Source: Candidatus Yonathbacteria bacterium RIFCSPHIGHO2_02_FULL_44_14
GTDB lineage: Bacteria; Patescibacteriota; Minisyncoccia; Phycocordibacterales; UBA1550
DNA: 64,000 bases
NCBI GenBank assembly: GCA_001823535.1
Contig: MHUT01000011.1
Location: 9,864 to 73,863 of the forward strand
Direction: 5' to 3'
The notes under the pieces are model-generated. The model was not told the DNA's origin. It made no database searches and worked only from the letters and a program-made list of their open reading frames with translations. Positions 1-9,610 of the stretch are shown here, piece by piece. Position 1 is the first letter of the stretch. Every line of letters begins with the position of its first letter. A program made the translations under genes and the position numbers.

Positions 1-485
1 AATTTTTGAAGATCTTCAAGCGTGCGCGTCTTTTCGTCTTCGCTCATTCCGCCGTCCCGCTCGGTCTCGATGATGTCGTTCTTTGTTTGCTCACGAACAC
101 CCTTCAAGGTAACCCGCGCAGACTCTACTTTATCCCGCACGATTTTTGTAAATGCGACGCGACGCTCGGTGGTAAGTGGCGGGAAAAAGACGCGGAGACC
201 CGAATCGTCAGTTGAAACCGAGATACCCAAATTTGCGGTGTTGATCGCTTTTTCAATCTCTTTGCCGTTTGCCTTTTCCCATGGCACGATACGGAGCGTG
301 CGTGCATCCTCGCTGGCAATAGTTGCCACATGTTGCACCGCAAGCTGTGCGCCATAGGATTCGATAAAAATACCATCGAGGATTGAACTACTTGCGCGCC
401 CGGTATGTATAGCAGAAAGTTCCTTGCTCAAATGTTCTGCGATATCCCTCGACTTCTTTTTAAATTCTGAAAAATCATAAGTCAT
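1..485 (-). CDS. frr: ribosome recycling factor, partial (C-terminus runs off window start)
   Basis: Minus-strand translation from ATG at 485 gives MTYDFSEFKKKSRDIAEHLSKELSAIHTGRASSSILDGIFIESYGAQLAVQHVATIA...LTTERRVAFTKIVRDKVESARVTLKGVRE, typical Frr; no stop before position 1, so absent from ORF track. Confidence 0.85.
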   Translation of the reverse strand, partial: MTYDFSEFKKKSRDIAEHLSKELSAIHTGRASSSILDGIFIESYGAQLAVQHVATIASEDARTLRIVPWEKANGKEIEKAINTANLGISVSTDDSGLRVFFPPLTTERRVAFTKIVRDKVESARVTLKGVREQTKNDIIETERDGGMSEDEKTRTLEDLQK

Positions 486-574
486 ATGAAAAGTATTCTA
501 GCAAAATTATGCCCCGAATTCAACAAAGAAACCTGAGTCGCTAAAAGGACTCAGGTTTTGAAATTACCGTTTTT

Positions 575-832
575 TTATCTTGGAAGGTTAGACAGTGAAT
601 AAATTACCAACCAAGATCCGGCAACCCCCGTGAATATCGACAACTCTGTCACTTCTTCTTCGAGAAGCGACTCTATTATGGTCGCAAACCCAGAGATTGC
701 AACAATTGCCCATACTGCTGGACGGTGCGGGAAGGAATTTTTGAATATCGCAAAAAAAGCGGCACAAACCCCAACCCACATTAGAAACTTGCACATAACC
801 ACCACTGCCTTGATTCTCCTGTCTCTATTCAT
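575..832 (-). CDS. small hypothetical membrane protein (2 predicted TM segments)
   Basis: 85-aa ORF between frr and holB on same strand; hydrophobic stretches; no recognisable family. Confidence 0.3.
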   Translation of the reverse strand: MNRDRRIKAVVVMCKFLMWVGVCAAFFAIFKNSFPHRPAVWAIVAISGFATIIESLLEEEVTELSIFTGVAGSWLVIYSLSNLPR

Positions 833-908
833 AACACACTCCCTTAAAAATGGTTGAATATCTAATTCACTTTTGATATTATATCAACTAATACTAGTTT
901 TGTCAATA

Positions 909-1634
909 CTATGGGATAATAATAGCAATGTGCTCCAAAAGCATTTTAGGGGATGCGCCACGATTCGCAAGATATGTTTTAGCCTGAAAGATCCCACGGA
1001 AAATATTGGCGCTGGCATCATCTCTTTTGCCGGCGGTGCGTGTGTAGAGGATACGCTCAATGTGGTCGAGGATGCGACGGAAAAGCTCACGGTCGACGGT
1101 CTCCCCTGCTTTTTTCTCTACCATTTTTTTCGCAATAGCAAAACGGCCCTCGAGATTGCCGTCGACAAATTTTTCCGCGAGCGCCCCTGTTTCCGAATCA
1201 GCAGATTCGCGTCTTGGACGAGAACTTAATAGTACTCCGCCAGAAACTACAAGTACGCGAGAAAGCAGTGTGGGCAAAAGCATTTCCGCGCGTGGAAGAA
1301 TAATAAAAAAATGCGTACCCGATGTTGGTTCTTCAAAAGTTTTCAAGAGCGCATTTTGTGCCTCATGCGTGAACGAGTCTGCTCCAATAACAAATAGTTT
1401 GCACGTGCCTCCGAAGGAGGCACGCGTCTGCGCACCTTTGAGTTCGCGGGCTTCATCAATACCAAGTGACGCAAAGTTTTTAACGGTAAGGTCTGGATTA
1501 CCGATTGTCTCTATGCCCATATGTCGCGCAAAAGACTCAACAAGAAGTGGCGCGACCTCTTCATGCGCACCCTCTATGACATGCGCATGATGGAGGTATC
1601 CGGTTTTTTTGTAGTGTTCGAAAATGTGGTCCAT
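909..1634 (-). CDS. holB: DNA polymerase III delta-prime subunit (short form)
   Basis: N-terminal HHAHVIEG (cf. HHALLI of delta'), LLKTFEEP motif, LLPTLLSRV sensor motif. Confidence 0.75.
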   Translation of the reverse strand: MDHIFEHYKKTGYLHHAHVIEGAHEEVAPLLVESFARHMGIETIGNPDLTVKNFASLGIDEARELKGAQTRASFGGTCKLFVIGADSFTHEAQNALLKTFEEPTSGTHFFIILPRAEMLLPTLLSRVLVVSGGVLLSSRPRRESADSETGALAEKFVDGNLEGRFAIAKKMVEKKAGETVDRELFRRILDHIERILYTRTAGKRDDASANIFRGIFQAKTYLANRGASPKMLLEHIAIIIP

Positions 1635-1669
1635 GGCTGATTTAAACTTCCCGTCACTCGTTCGCTTGC

Positions 1670-2683
1670 CTACTTCTTTGCCAAAATACTCTTCTTGTAG
1701 GTATCAAGATGCTCAAGCGCGATGCCAGTACCCTTTACCACGCAGTAAAGCGCATCTTCGGCAAGCACCGCTTTGACCCCCGTGCGTCTCTCAACTAATT
1801 CCGGAAAATTGCGAAGCTGTGATGATCCGCCCGTCATAATAATTCCTTGATCGATAATATCCGCCGCAAGCTCGGGCGGAGTCTCTTGCAAAACTTCTTT
1901 GATTGCGCGAATAATTTCGCGAAGTTCTCGGTCAATCGCTTTCACAATCTCATTAGTGGTCACCTGCGCGGTGCGTGGCAAACCAGTAATATAATCACGG
2001 CCTTTTATCGTAAGTAAAAGTTCGTCTTCAATAGGCACCGCTGATCCAATTCGAACCTTAATCTCCTCCGCGGTGCGATCACCAATTGCCAGATTAAATG
2101 TTTTTTTAATATGGTCGGCGATTGCGTGGTCTATCTTGTTGCCAGCACATTTTACAGAAGTTGACGCAACGATCCCTCCGAGAGAAATTACCGCAACATC
2201 GGTCGTGCCACCACCGATATCAACCACCATGTGTCCGTGCGCTTCGTAGATAGGGATACCTGCGCCGATTGCTGCAAGAATCGGCTCTTTGACTACGTAC
2301 ACATTTTTTGCACCAGCCTTGATTGTCGCCTCGATAACCGCACGACGTTCTGTCGATGACACGCCAGCAGGCACCGAGACCATCACATCCGGCTTCAAGA
2401 TATTCCACCTGCCAAGAGCCTTGCTCATATAATAGCGTATCATTGCTTCTGTCACCCGATAGTCAGCAATGACACCATCTTTCATTGGGCGGTACGCAAT
2501 GATATTGTCAGGCGTGCGACCGATCATTTGCTTTGCCTCAACACCCACAGCCATAATGCGATTATCTTGCTGGTTCACGGCGACTACAGAAGGCTCATTA
2601 AGCACGATACCTTTGCCAGGAATATACACCAGCGTGTTCGCTGTGCCTAGGTCGATGCCGATTTTTGTTACAAATAGTCCCAT
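1670..2683 (-). CDS. mreB: rod shape-determining actin homolog MreB
   Basis: IGIDLGTANTLVY..., DIGGGTTDVAVIS actin-fold motifs; 337 aa. Confidence 0.9.
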   Translation of the reverse strand: MGLFVTKIGIDLGTANTLVYIPGKGIVLNEPSVVAVNQQDNRIMAVGVEAKQMIGRTPDNIIAYRPMKDGVIADYRVTEAMIRYYMSKALGRWNILKPDVMVSVPAGVSSTERRAVIEATIKAGAKNVYVVKEPILAAIGAGIPIYEAHGHMVVDIGGGTTDVAVISLGGIVASTSVKCAGNKIDHAIADHIKKTFNLAIGDRTAEEIKVRIGSAVPIEDELLLTIKGRDYITGLPRTAQVTTNEIVKAIDRELREIIRAIKEVLQETPPELAADIIDQGIIMTGGSSQLRNFPELVERRTGVKAVLAEDALYCVVKGTGIALEHLDTYKKSILAKK

Positions 2684-2688
2684 AAAAA

Positions 2689-4005
2689 TTACGTAGTTTG
2701 CTCCATAGATGATACTTCCGGCAACACTTTTACTCGCTCTATTCCAACACCAATAGCGCGCAAACGGTTCTCTATGTCCTCATAGCCACGATCAATCGTA
2801 GTGTCCACATTATGTATGACGGACTCCCCTTTTGCAACTATTGCTGCAATAACGAAAGCAAGCCCCGCGCGAAGATCGGGACTCTCGAGTTTGCGACCGC
2901 GAAGCTCCGTCTTCCCGCGCACGAGCGCGCGATGCGGATCCATCATGGTAATGGACGCACCCATGGAGGACAAGGACTCGGCGTAGTTGAGGCGTCCTTC
3001 GAAAATAGTTTCAAACACAGTACTCTCGCCGTCTGCTTGAGTAAGGAGCACCGTCATTGGCGCTTGCAAATCTGTGGGGAAGCCAGGATACTCGTGCGTC
3101 TTAATATCAATCGGCATGATTTTGGATGGCGCACGCACAATAATTTCAGTTTTCTTTACTTCAATGGGAATGCCTGCGCTACGCAATGCCTCGATAGGTG
3201 ATTCTAGATGGGCAGGCTCGCAATTTGTAATATGAAGCTCGCGTGCGGCAAGCGCACCTAAAATAAGGAAGCTACCAGCCTCGATGCGATCGGGCATCGT
3301 TTTATACACGCGCCCCTTGCCTGTTAAAAGTTTCCCTCCTTTGATCGTGATTGTTGGCGTACCCGCACCCGAAATATTTGCGCCACATTCATTTAAAAAA
3401 CCTGCAAGATGGGCTATCTCCGGCTCCATTGCGGCATTTTTAATAGTTGTTATGCCTCTAGCAAGGACGCCTGCCATCATAAATGTTTCAGTAACTGTCA
3501 CACTTTGATTTTTAAGAAAAAACTTTGCGCCATTTAACCCGCCTTTCGCTTCAACAATATACGAGCCATCCTTGATATATACCCTTGCGCCCATCTTCTC
3601 AAAACCATCAACAAAAAGATCAAGTGGGCGCGCTCCAATAACACAACCACCCGGATGAGGAAAAGATACTTTCCCATACCGCGCAAGCACCGGACCAGTG
3701 AGTACAATCGATGCGCGCATTCGCCTCGCTATCCCTGGAGAAAGTTCTGTGGCAAAATCAGGGTGGAGAGAAACAGCGTAGGTGCCATGCTTCGTTTTCG
3801 AAACTTCTGCTCCCATGTCCTTCAATAAATCAAACATGCGAAGCGTGTCATTGATTTCTGGAATGTTAGTAAAAGTGACGGTGTCGCGGAAAAGTACGGC
3901 CGCAGCGATTGCTTTGAGCGCGGCGTTCTTTGCGCCGGTCACTTTCACGACACCGTGAAGTTTCCGCTGTCCTCCGAAACCATTAATAACAAATGTGTTG
4001 CTCAT
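2689..4005 (-). CDS. murA: UDP-N-acetylglucosamine 1-carboxyvinyltransferase
   Basis: 438 aa; KVTGAKNAALKAIAAAVLF N-terminus and overall MurA/EPSP-synthase fold signature. Confidence 0.9.
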   Translation of the reverse strand: MSNTFVINGFGGQRKLHGVVKVTGAKNAALKAIAAAVLFRDTVTFTNIPEINDTLRMFDLLKDMGAEVSKTKHGTYAVSLHPDFATELSPGIARRMRASIVLTGPVLARYGKVSFPHPGGCVIGARPLDLFVDGFEKMGARVYIKDGSYIVEAKGGLNGAKFFLKNQSVTVTETFMMAGVLARGITTIKNAAMEPEIAHLAGFLNECGANISGAGTPTITIKGGKLLTGKGRVYKTMPDRIEAGSFLILGALAARELHITNCEPAHLESPIEALRSAGIPIEVKKTEIIVRAPSKIMPIDIKTHEYPGFPTDLQAPMTVLLTQADGESTVFETIFEGRLNYAESLSSMGASITMMDPHRALVRGKTELRGRKLESPDLRAGLAFVIAAIVAKGESVIHNVDTTIDRGYEDIENRLRAIGVGIERVKVLPEVSSMEQTT

Positions 4006-4045
4006 AGATTGATGTAAAAGATCATCTTACTACGTTAACTGCCTT

Positions 4046-4074
4046 TTGACCAAACAAGTGTCATGTGATATAAC
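4046..4074 (+). promoter_or_regulatory. sigma70-like promoter TTGACC-N17-TATAAC upstream of 4106 gene
   Basis: ttgacc at 4046-4051, tataac at 4069-4074, 17-nt spacer; AGGAGA RBS 8 nt before ATG 4106. Confidence 0.45.
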
Positions 4075-4105
4075 GCTAAGAGTTAATTAACGAGGAGAAA
4101 AAATC

Positions 4106-4504
4106 ATGGGTACGCCTGTTTGCTTCAAAAGTGTTGCACTTGGTGTCCTCTTTTTCATAACGATACTTGTTCTTTCTCAGGAAACATACAGAGGTACAGA
4201 GGATACTTCTCCTAGCCTTGCTTTCTCCATCTCAAAACACTACAGCACTACAGAAAAAAAGAAAATTGAAGAAAAGCGGTGTACAGATTTTGGAAAGGAT
4301 GTAATTGCAAAACTAAAAGCAAGCGAGACAACTCGTGACGCATTCTTTGTTGAAATATCTGAATTTTTATCTGAAGAATTTTCGTTGGAAATCTTCGACA
4401 TAGTAATCAATGACGAGGACCAGGTTTGTATTCATTACATGCGCCACCTAGAACCAAAGCACCCAAAACCAAATGAAAAAACCTCAGTAACCCGTCTCGT
4501 GTAG
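4106..4504 (+). CDS. hypothetical secreted protein (signal peptide/TM at N-terminus)
   Basis: Own promoter and strong RBS; N-terminal hydrophobic segment VALGVLFFITILVLS; no family recognised. Confidence 0.45.
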   Translation: MGTPVCFKSVALGVLFFITILVLSQETYRGTEDTSPSLAFSISKHYSTTEKKKIEEKRCTDFGKDVIAKLKASETTRDAFFVEISEFLSEEFSLEIFDIVINDEDQVCIHYMRHLEPKHPKPNEKTSVTRLV

Positions 4505-4547
4505 GCGGGTTTTTGTTTTATGTTTTTTCCGATACTATATAGATGAT

Positions 4548-6470
4548 ATGCAGATTATTACCGTTGCCCCTATCGTGCGTGGCGCCCTTCAGGGCGCACT
4601 CACTTATTTTTCAAAAGACCCGATTGCTGTTGGCATGGTGGTCGTCGTGCCGGTGCGCACACGTGAAGTGCCTGCTATTGTGCTTCTATCCGAGGATGCG
4701 TCTGGCTCAAAAAGCGCCCTGAAGTCCTCAGACTTTGCAATACGAAAAATCACCCGCACGAAACCCCGGCGTATTTGGTCGCCGGCATTTTTAAAATCGG
4801 CAGAAGAAACCGCAAACTTCTCTGCGCAAAAACTCGGAGAAACACTCCTTGCTCTCACCCCCAAGACAATACTCGACGCGCACCTTGAAGGCATGCTTGA
4901 TGAACCAAAAATCGTCGAAACTGGAGGATATTTTGAAGTTCTCGCTATCCAAGGAAGCACAGAGATACGGCTCGAAGCATATCAGCGCCTTGTCCGTGAA
5001 TCATTTGTGCGGCATGAATCAGTATTTGTATGCGTTCCCACAGAGGATGATGTCGTGCATGTGTCTCATGTACTTGGGCGAGGCATCGAGAATTACACGT
5101 TTGCGCTTCACAGCAGTACTGCAAAAAAACTCGTTCTTGAAACATGGAAAAATGCGTTGGCAGATGAGCATGCGATTCTTGTTGTCGGTACGGCTAAGTA
5201 CATTGGACTTCCGCGCTATTTCAAAACTATTGTTCTCGACGAAGAACACTCGCACGCGTGGAAAACGTTCTCACGACCGCACATCGACTTGCGAATGTTT
5301 GTTGAAAATTACGCGCGCGCATCCGGAAGCACACTTATTATTGGCGCACCGATACTGCGTGCGGAAACGCATGAACGTATCGCGAGGGGCAATATTTCAG
5401 AGTTTGACCGCATCGCCACTCGTGCGCGCGAAGAAACAAAAACTGTTTTGATTGATCCGCGGCGTGAAGAAAAATCCATACGAGAGAACACGGGAAAGAG
5501 AAACATGGTGCTTGTAAGCAAGGATCTTCGCAAGCTTTTAGAAGACGCGAGCGAGCGAGGCGAGCGAGTACTCCTATTGTCTGCGCGGAAAGGACTTGCT
5601 CCGGTGACCACTTGTGGCGACTGCGGGGCACTCGTACGTTGCCCCGAATGTGATACACCGCTCGTTATTCACAAAAAAGAAACAAAAAATAGCGACACCC
5701 AGGTGTTTATCTGTCACGGATGCGGATTCACGCGCGTACCTGAAAACAATGTTCATGAAACATGTCCAAACTGCGGCGGGTGGAAACTGCAGGGCGTTGG
5801 TGTCGGCATCGATCTTATCGACAATGAAATTGCAGCGCTTTCCCCGAAAACGAAGCGTTTTATTTTGGACGGCGACAGAGCTAAAACTCGCGCACAGGCA
5901 AAAAAGATTGTTGCACAATTTGAAAAATCAGAGAGTAGCATCCTTATTGCAACCCCGATGGCAATCCCATTACTAACCGCCGTTGAAAATACAGCAATCA
6001 TTTCCATAGACTCGCTGTTTGCCATTCCTGACATTCGTATGTCTGAGCGCATATTTGCACTCATACTTCTGCTTCGTGAAAAAACCACAGGAACACTTCT
6101 CATTCAAACTCGCGCGGATGATACTATTATTTTTAAACAAGCACTTTCGGGTAAACTTTTCCAGTTTGCAGAAAACGAACTGGCGACTAGAAAAGCATTT
6201 TCGTATCCACCCTATGGCACTATTATAAAAATCACACTTCGTGGCAAACGTGCTGAAGTGCTGTCTGAGATGGAGCGGTTAAAGGTCTTTTTGGTAAATT
6301 ACGCACCAATAGTGCTTGGAACAATGGCTCGCGAACCAAAAAATATTTTCCGCATGCATATGATCCTGAAGCTCGCAAAAAATAACTGGCCCAATAGCGA
6401 CCTCCTTGCAAAACTTCGCGCATTGCCGATGCAATTCACTGTGGAAGTAAACCCTAATAATTTAATTTAA
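4548..6470 (+). CDS. priA: primosomal protein N' (PriA) with degenerate Walker A and motif VI
   Basis: Aligns to PriA across helicase lobe 1 (IVLDEEHSHAWK = DEEH Walker B) and Cys-rich region (CGDCG...CPECD...CHGCG...CPNCG, 4x CxxC); conserved priA-def-fmt gene order; P-loop reads QGS--TEIR instead of GSGKTEVY. Confidence 0.75.
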   Translation: MQIITVAPIVRGALQGALTYFSKDPIAVGMVVVVPVRTREVPAIVLLSEDASGSKSALKSSDFAIRKITRTKPRRIWSPAFLKSAEETANFSAQKLGETLLALTPKTILDAHLEGMLDEPKIVETGGYFEVLAIQGSTEIRLEAYQRLVRESFVRHESVFVCVPTEDDVVHVSHVLGRGIENYTFALHSSTAKKLVLETWKNALADEHAILVVGTAKYIGLPRYFKTIVLDEEHSHAWKTFSRPHIDLRMFVENYARASGSTLIIGAPILRAETHERIARGNISEFDRIATRAREETKTVLIDPRREEKSIRENTGKRNMVLVSKDLRKLLEDASERGERVLLLSARKGLAPVTTCGDCGALVRCPECDTPLVIHKKETKNSDTQVFICHGCGFTRVPENNVHETCPNCGGWKLQGVGVGIDLIDNEIAALSPKTKRFILDGDRAKTRAQAKKIVAQFEKSESSILIATPMAIPLLTAVENTAIISIDSLFAIPDIRMSERIFALILLLREKTTGTLLIQTRADDTIIFKQALSGKLFQFAENELATRKAFSYPPYGTIIKITLRGKRAEVLSEMERLKVFLVNYAPIVLGTMAREPKNIFRMHMILKLAKNNWPNSDLLAKLRALPMQFTVEVNPNNLI

Positions 6471-6473
6471 AAA

Positions 6474-7094
6474 ATGAGGAAAGTAAGGTATACTAACGAA
6501 AATAATATGGTCACGATTGTACAAAAAGAAGATCCAGTACTCAGGGAAAAAGCTGAACCAGTGAACCCAAAAGATTTTGGTTCGCCTGCGCTTAAAAAAA
6601 TTCTTAGCGATATGGCAAACGCTATGGAAAAAGAAGAAGACGGCGTCGCGATTGCAGCACCGCAAATCGGCGTTCCACTCCGTATTTTTGTAGTGTCCCA
6701 TCGCGCTTTTGAATACATCGACGAAAATGATACGCATACTCAGGACGACCTTCACAATGTGCACGTTCCCGAACACAAAAAAACTAAGCGTGCAAATATG
6801 GTTTTCATAAACCCTGTCATCACCAAACTCTCGCGAAAAAAAGTATGGATGCCTGAGGGATGTCTTTCGGTACGTTGGCTTTACGGCGAAGTATCTCGCG
6901 CCGAAAAAGCAACGGTGCGCGCCTACGACGAAAATGGAAAAGTGTTCACATGGGGCGGAAGCGGGCTATTGGCGCAGATTTTTCAACACGAAACCGATCA
7001 CCTGGACGGCGCGCTCTTTATTGACACTGCGCGAAACATCGAAAAAATAACAGCTGAGGAACAGAAGTTGCGACAGGAAAAAGAAACAAATTAA
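6474..7094 (+). CDS. def: peptide deformylase
   Basis: EGCLS motif (PEGCLSV) and QHETDHLDG (HEXXH); alternative start at 6507. Confidence 0.9.
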   Translation: MRKVRYTNENNMVTIVQKEDPVLREKAEPVNPKDFGSPALKKILSDMANAMEKEEDGVAIAAPQIGVPLRIFVVSHRAFEYIDENDTHTQDDLHNVHVPEHKKTKRANMVFINPVITKLSRKKVWMPEGCLSVRWLYGEVSRAEKATVRAYDENGKVFTWGGSGLLAQIFQHETDHLDGALFIDTARNIEKITAEEQKLRQEKETN

Positions 7095-7096
7095 CT

Positions 7097-7966
7097 ATGA
7101 CTGATCTTCGAATCGCATTCTGGGGCACCTCGCGCATTTCTGTCATCGTTCTTGATGAAATGGTGAAAGAAGGGATGCTCCCCTCTCTTGTTGTTACCGC
7201 ACCACCAAGACAAAAGGGTCGCGGACTTGAAGTGACACCGAGTACGGTTAAAGTTTGGGCAGACGCGCACTATATCCCCGCCCTCGAACCGGAAGAAATA
7301 AAATCAGAAGAATTTCTAAAATCATTGGGGGCGGATTGGGATCTTTTCATTATCGCCTCGTATGGAAAAATTATTCCGCGATCAGTCCTCAAACTCCCCA
7401 AGCACGGCACGCTCAATGTGCATCCGTCGCTTTTGCCAAAGCTCCGTGGTGCTTCCCCTATCCAATCAGCAATATTAGAAGATGCTTCTGTCGGCGAACC
7501 ACACGATACAGGAGTAACAATAATGCTCATTGATGAAGAGGTTGATCACGGGGACATTGTTGCGCAAAAAGCAATTTCAATATCCAATTGGCCGCAAAAA
7601 GGGCGTGAGCTTGAGGAAACACTTGGAGAGCTTGGTGGAAAACTTTTGGTAAAAACTATTCCACTCTGGGTGTCAGGATCTATTATTCCAAAAGAGCAAG
7701 ATCACAACAAAGCAACTTTTACAAAAAAAATGACGAGTGGCAGCGGGCAGATATATCTCGATGACGACCCCGTGCGGATGTATCGCAAAATTTGCGCGTT
7801 CGACACTTGGCCCCGCGCATATTTCATGACCACAAGAAACGGGCAAGAAACACGCGTTGTCGTAACCAAAGCGCACTTTGCAGACGGAGTGCTCGTTCTC
7901 GACCGCGTCATTCCTGAAGGCAAAAAAGAGATGGCGTACGAGGATTTTTTAAGGGGGCGGAAATAA
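7097..7966 (+). CDS. fmt: methionyl-tRNA formyltransferase
   Basis: SLLPKLRGASPIQSAIL motif, formyl-transferase N and C domains; follows def. Confidence 0.9.
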   Translation: MTDLRIAFWGTSRISVIVLDEMVKEGMLPSLVVTAPPRQKGRGLEVTPSTVKVWADAHYIPALEPEEIKSEEFLKSLGADWDLFIIASYGKIIPRSVLKLPKHGTLNVHPSLLPKLRGASPIQSAILEDASVGEPHDTGVTIMLIDEEVDHGDIVAQKAISISNWPQKGRELEETLGELGGKLLVKTIPLWVSGSIIPKEQDHNKATFTKKMTSGSGQIYLDDDPVRMYRKICAFDTWPRAYFMTTRNGQETRVVVTKAHFADGVLVLDRVIPEGKKEMAYEDFLRGRK

Positions 7967-8014
7967 ACGCTGACACATGCGGTCTGGACTCTAAATTAGG
8001 TGAAAATGAAAAAA

Positions 8015-8046
8015 CGGCATGAAGTTATCATGCCGCTGAAGTGCGG
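8015..8046 (-). terminator. probable rho-independent terminator for minus-strand small gene
   Basis: hairpin cggcatga-agtt-atcatgccg followed on minus strand by TTTTTT. Confidence 0.4.
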
Positions 8047-8149
8047 GAGGAGAGGTTCTTGTTCTCCGCTTGCTGTGCTTTCACCCAGGAGCCAGAATTA
8101 CCCTTTTAGGAAGTCACGGGACTTCACCTTACCGCGTAGTACTACTTTA

Positions 8150-8407
8150 TTATTTACTGAGATCAAAAAGCACCTTTTCGAAAGCTGGACTCAGAATCTG
8201 TACGGCAAACTGCATTGCCTTTTCTGAAGGGATACCCAATTCTTTCGCAGTGTTGCCAATTTCTCTACGAATCTTTTCGGGGTTCATTGGAACTGAATCA
8301 TTCATCAACCTCCGCTGAACATACTTAAGAGCGATTTCACCCATTTCTGTCTCAGTAAGAACTATTCTGACAGCCATTTTGATTCTCCTTTTGTACATGT
8401 AAGCCAC
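8150..8407 (-). CDS. hypothetical small protein
   Basis: 85-aa ORF with downstream terminator; no family recognised. Confidence 0.35.
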   Translation of the reverse strand: MAYMYKRRIKMAVRIVLTETEMGEIALKYVQRRLMNDSVPMNPEKIRREIGNTAKELGIPSEKAMQFAVQILSPAFEKVLFDLSK

Positions 8408-8456
8408 TATTGACTTACATGGGAATTATACACATTTTAACGAAAGGTCAATAGCA

Positions 8457-8486
8457 AAATCCCGCCTAAACAGCGGGATTTTTTGT
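8457..8486. terminator. bidirectional hairpin terminator downstream of cyclophilin gene
   Basis: aaatcccgc-ctaaaca-gcgggattt hairpin with T-run on plus side and U-rich tract on minus side. Confidence 0.5.
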
Positions 8487-8506
8487 GTGATTTGATAAAG
8501 AAGCGA

Positions 8507-9154
8507 TTATTTCACCTCAATCTTCTCAATGATCATATCCTCAACTGGACGATCGTTCTGTCCAGTCTTTGTATTCTCGATTGCGGTCACGACATCCATT
8601 TCTGCGACAACCTTTCCAAATACCGTGTGCTTGGTATCAAGAAAGTTATTGTTTGCGGTGTTTATGAAAAACTGGCTGCCATTTGTGTTGGGACCAGAGT
8701 TTGCCATCGAGATTGTGCCAATCACATTTTTATTTTCGTTAGAAAGCTCATCCTCAAACTGATACCCTGGGCCACCAGTCCCCCATGCATTCATCTTGCT
8801 AGTATCCTTTGAAAGTGGATCACCTCCTTGAATCATAAATCCTTTGATTACGCGGTGGAAACGTGTGCCATTATAAAATCCCTCCTTTGCAAGCTTGGTA
8901 AAATTTTCTACAGTCTTTGGTTTTAGATCGCCAAAAAGCTCCAAAGTGATTGCGCCTTTATTGGTTGTCATTGTTACGATAGTCATAGTTTTTGTTGAAT
9001 TAGTATCTGGTGTTTCTTCTGTTTTTACTTCTGCGCTGATCTTTGATTCTGTTCCAACGGGGGCATTGGGAACCTTTTTTGTTCCGCCTACCCACACAAT
9101 AAAAAAAACGAACGCAATTGCAAGAACAGCTAAAATAATATTTCGTGTACTCAT
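8507..9154 (-). CDS. cyclophilin-type peptidyl-prolyl cis-trans isomerase, membrane-anchored/secreted
   Basis: FHRVIKGFMIQGGDP cyclophilin signature; N-terminal TM (ILAVLAIAFVFFIVWV). Confidence 0.85.
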   Translation of the reverse strand: MSTRNIILAVLAIAFVFFIVWVGGTKKVPNAPVGTESKISAEVKTEETPDTNSTKTMTIVTMTTNKGAITLELFGDLKPKTVENFTKLAKEGFYNGTRFHRVIKGFMIQGGDPLSKDTSKMNAWGTGGPGYQFEDELSNENKNVIGTISMANSGPNTNGSQFFINTANNNFLDTKHTVFGKVVAEMDVVTAIENTKTGQNDRPVEDMIIEKIEVK

Positions 9155-9174
9155 GATATGTTTTAAAAAACAAA

Positions 9175-9546
9175 TTACTTTTCGCGACCAAAGCGAAGCA
9201 TATTTTTAATCATTCCTGCACCGCGGCGCACAAGGGTCCGTGTTTTATCTTTGTGTGAGGAAAGTTCGCGCACAAGCTCGTTTCGCATATCGTCAACTGC
9301 CGCATAAAGGTCATCCTTTTCTGATGTCGCACGAAAATGTTTCCCTCGCACGCGCAAGTTTACCTCGGCACGGAACACATCTCCCGACTGATGATGATTG
9401 GTTGTTTTACCTATTTCAACTTCTGCGATTGGATCCTCGCTTTCGTGTGGCAAAGCGAATTTTTCTACACTTCGAATTTTCTCCTGAACATAGGACTCAA
9501 TGGCGCTGGTAAGCTCAATATTTGTTGTTGTAATTTTGATCTTCAT
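9175..9546 (-). CDS. hpf: ribosome hibernation promoting factor (RaiA/HPF family)
   Basis: MKIKITTTNIELTSAIESYVQEKI... typical sigma54-modulation/ribosomal subunit interface protein. Confidence 0.85.
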   Translation of the reverse strand: MKIKITTTNIELTSAIESYVQEKIRSVEKFALPHESEDPIAEVEIGKTTNHHQSGDVFRAEVNLRVRGKHFRATSEKDDLYAAVDDMRNELVRELSSHKDKTRTLVRRGAGMIKNMLRFGREK

Positions 9547-9576
9547 AAGAACAGTATATCACCTGAAAATAAACTA

Positions 9577-9610
9577 TGCTAGACATAAAATCATCGTGAT
9601 TATTTTATGT
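9577..9610 (-). terminator. 13-bp-stem hairpin between DUF167 gene and hpf
   Basis: ctagacataaaat / attttatgtctag inverted repeat with 10-nt loop; U-rich tract follows on minus strand. Confidence 0.35.

Noticed and set aside
1060-1590. 176-aa plus-strand ORF
   Set aside because: Antisense to holB, Ser/Arg-rich low-complexity translation typical of a shadow ORF.
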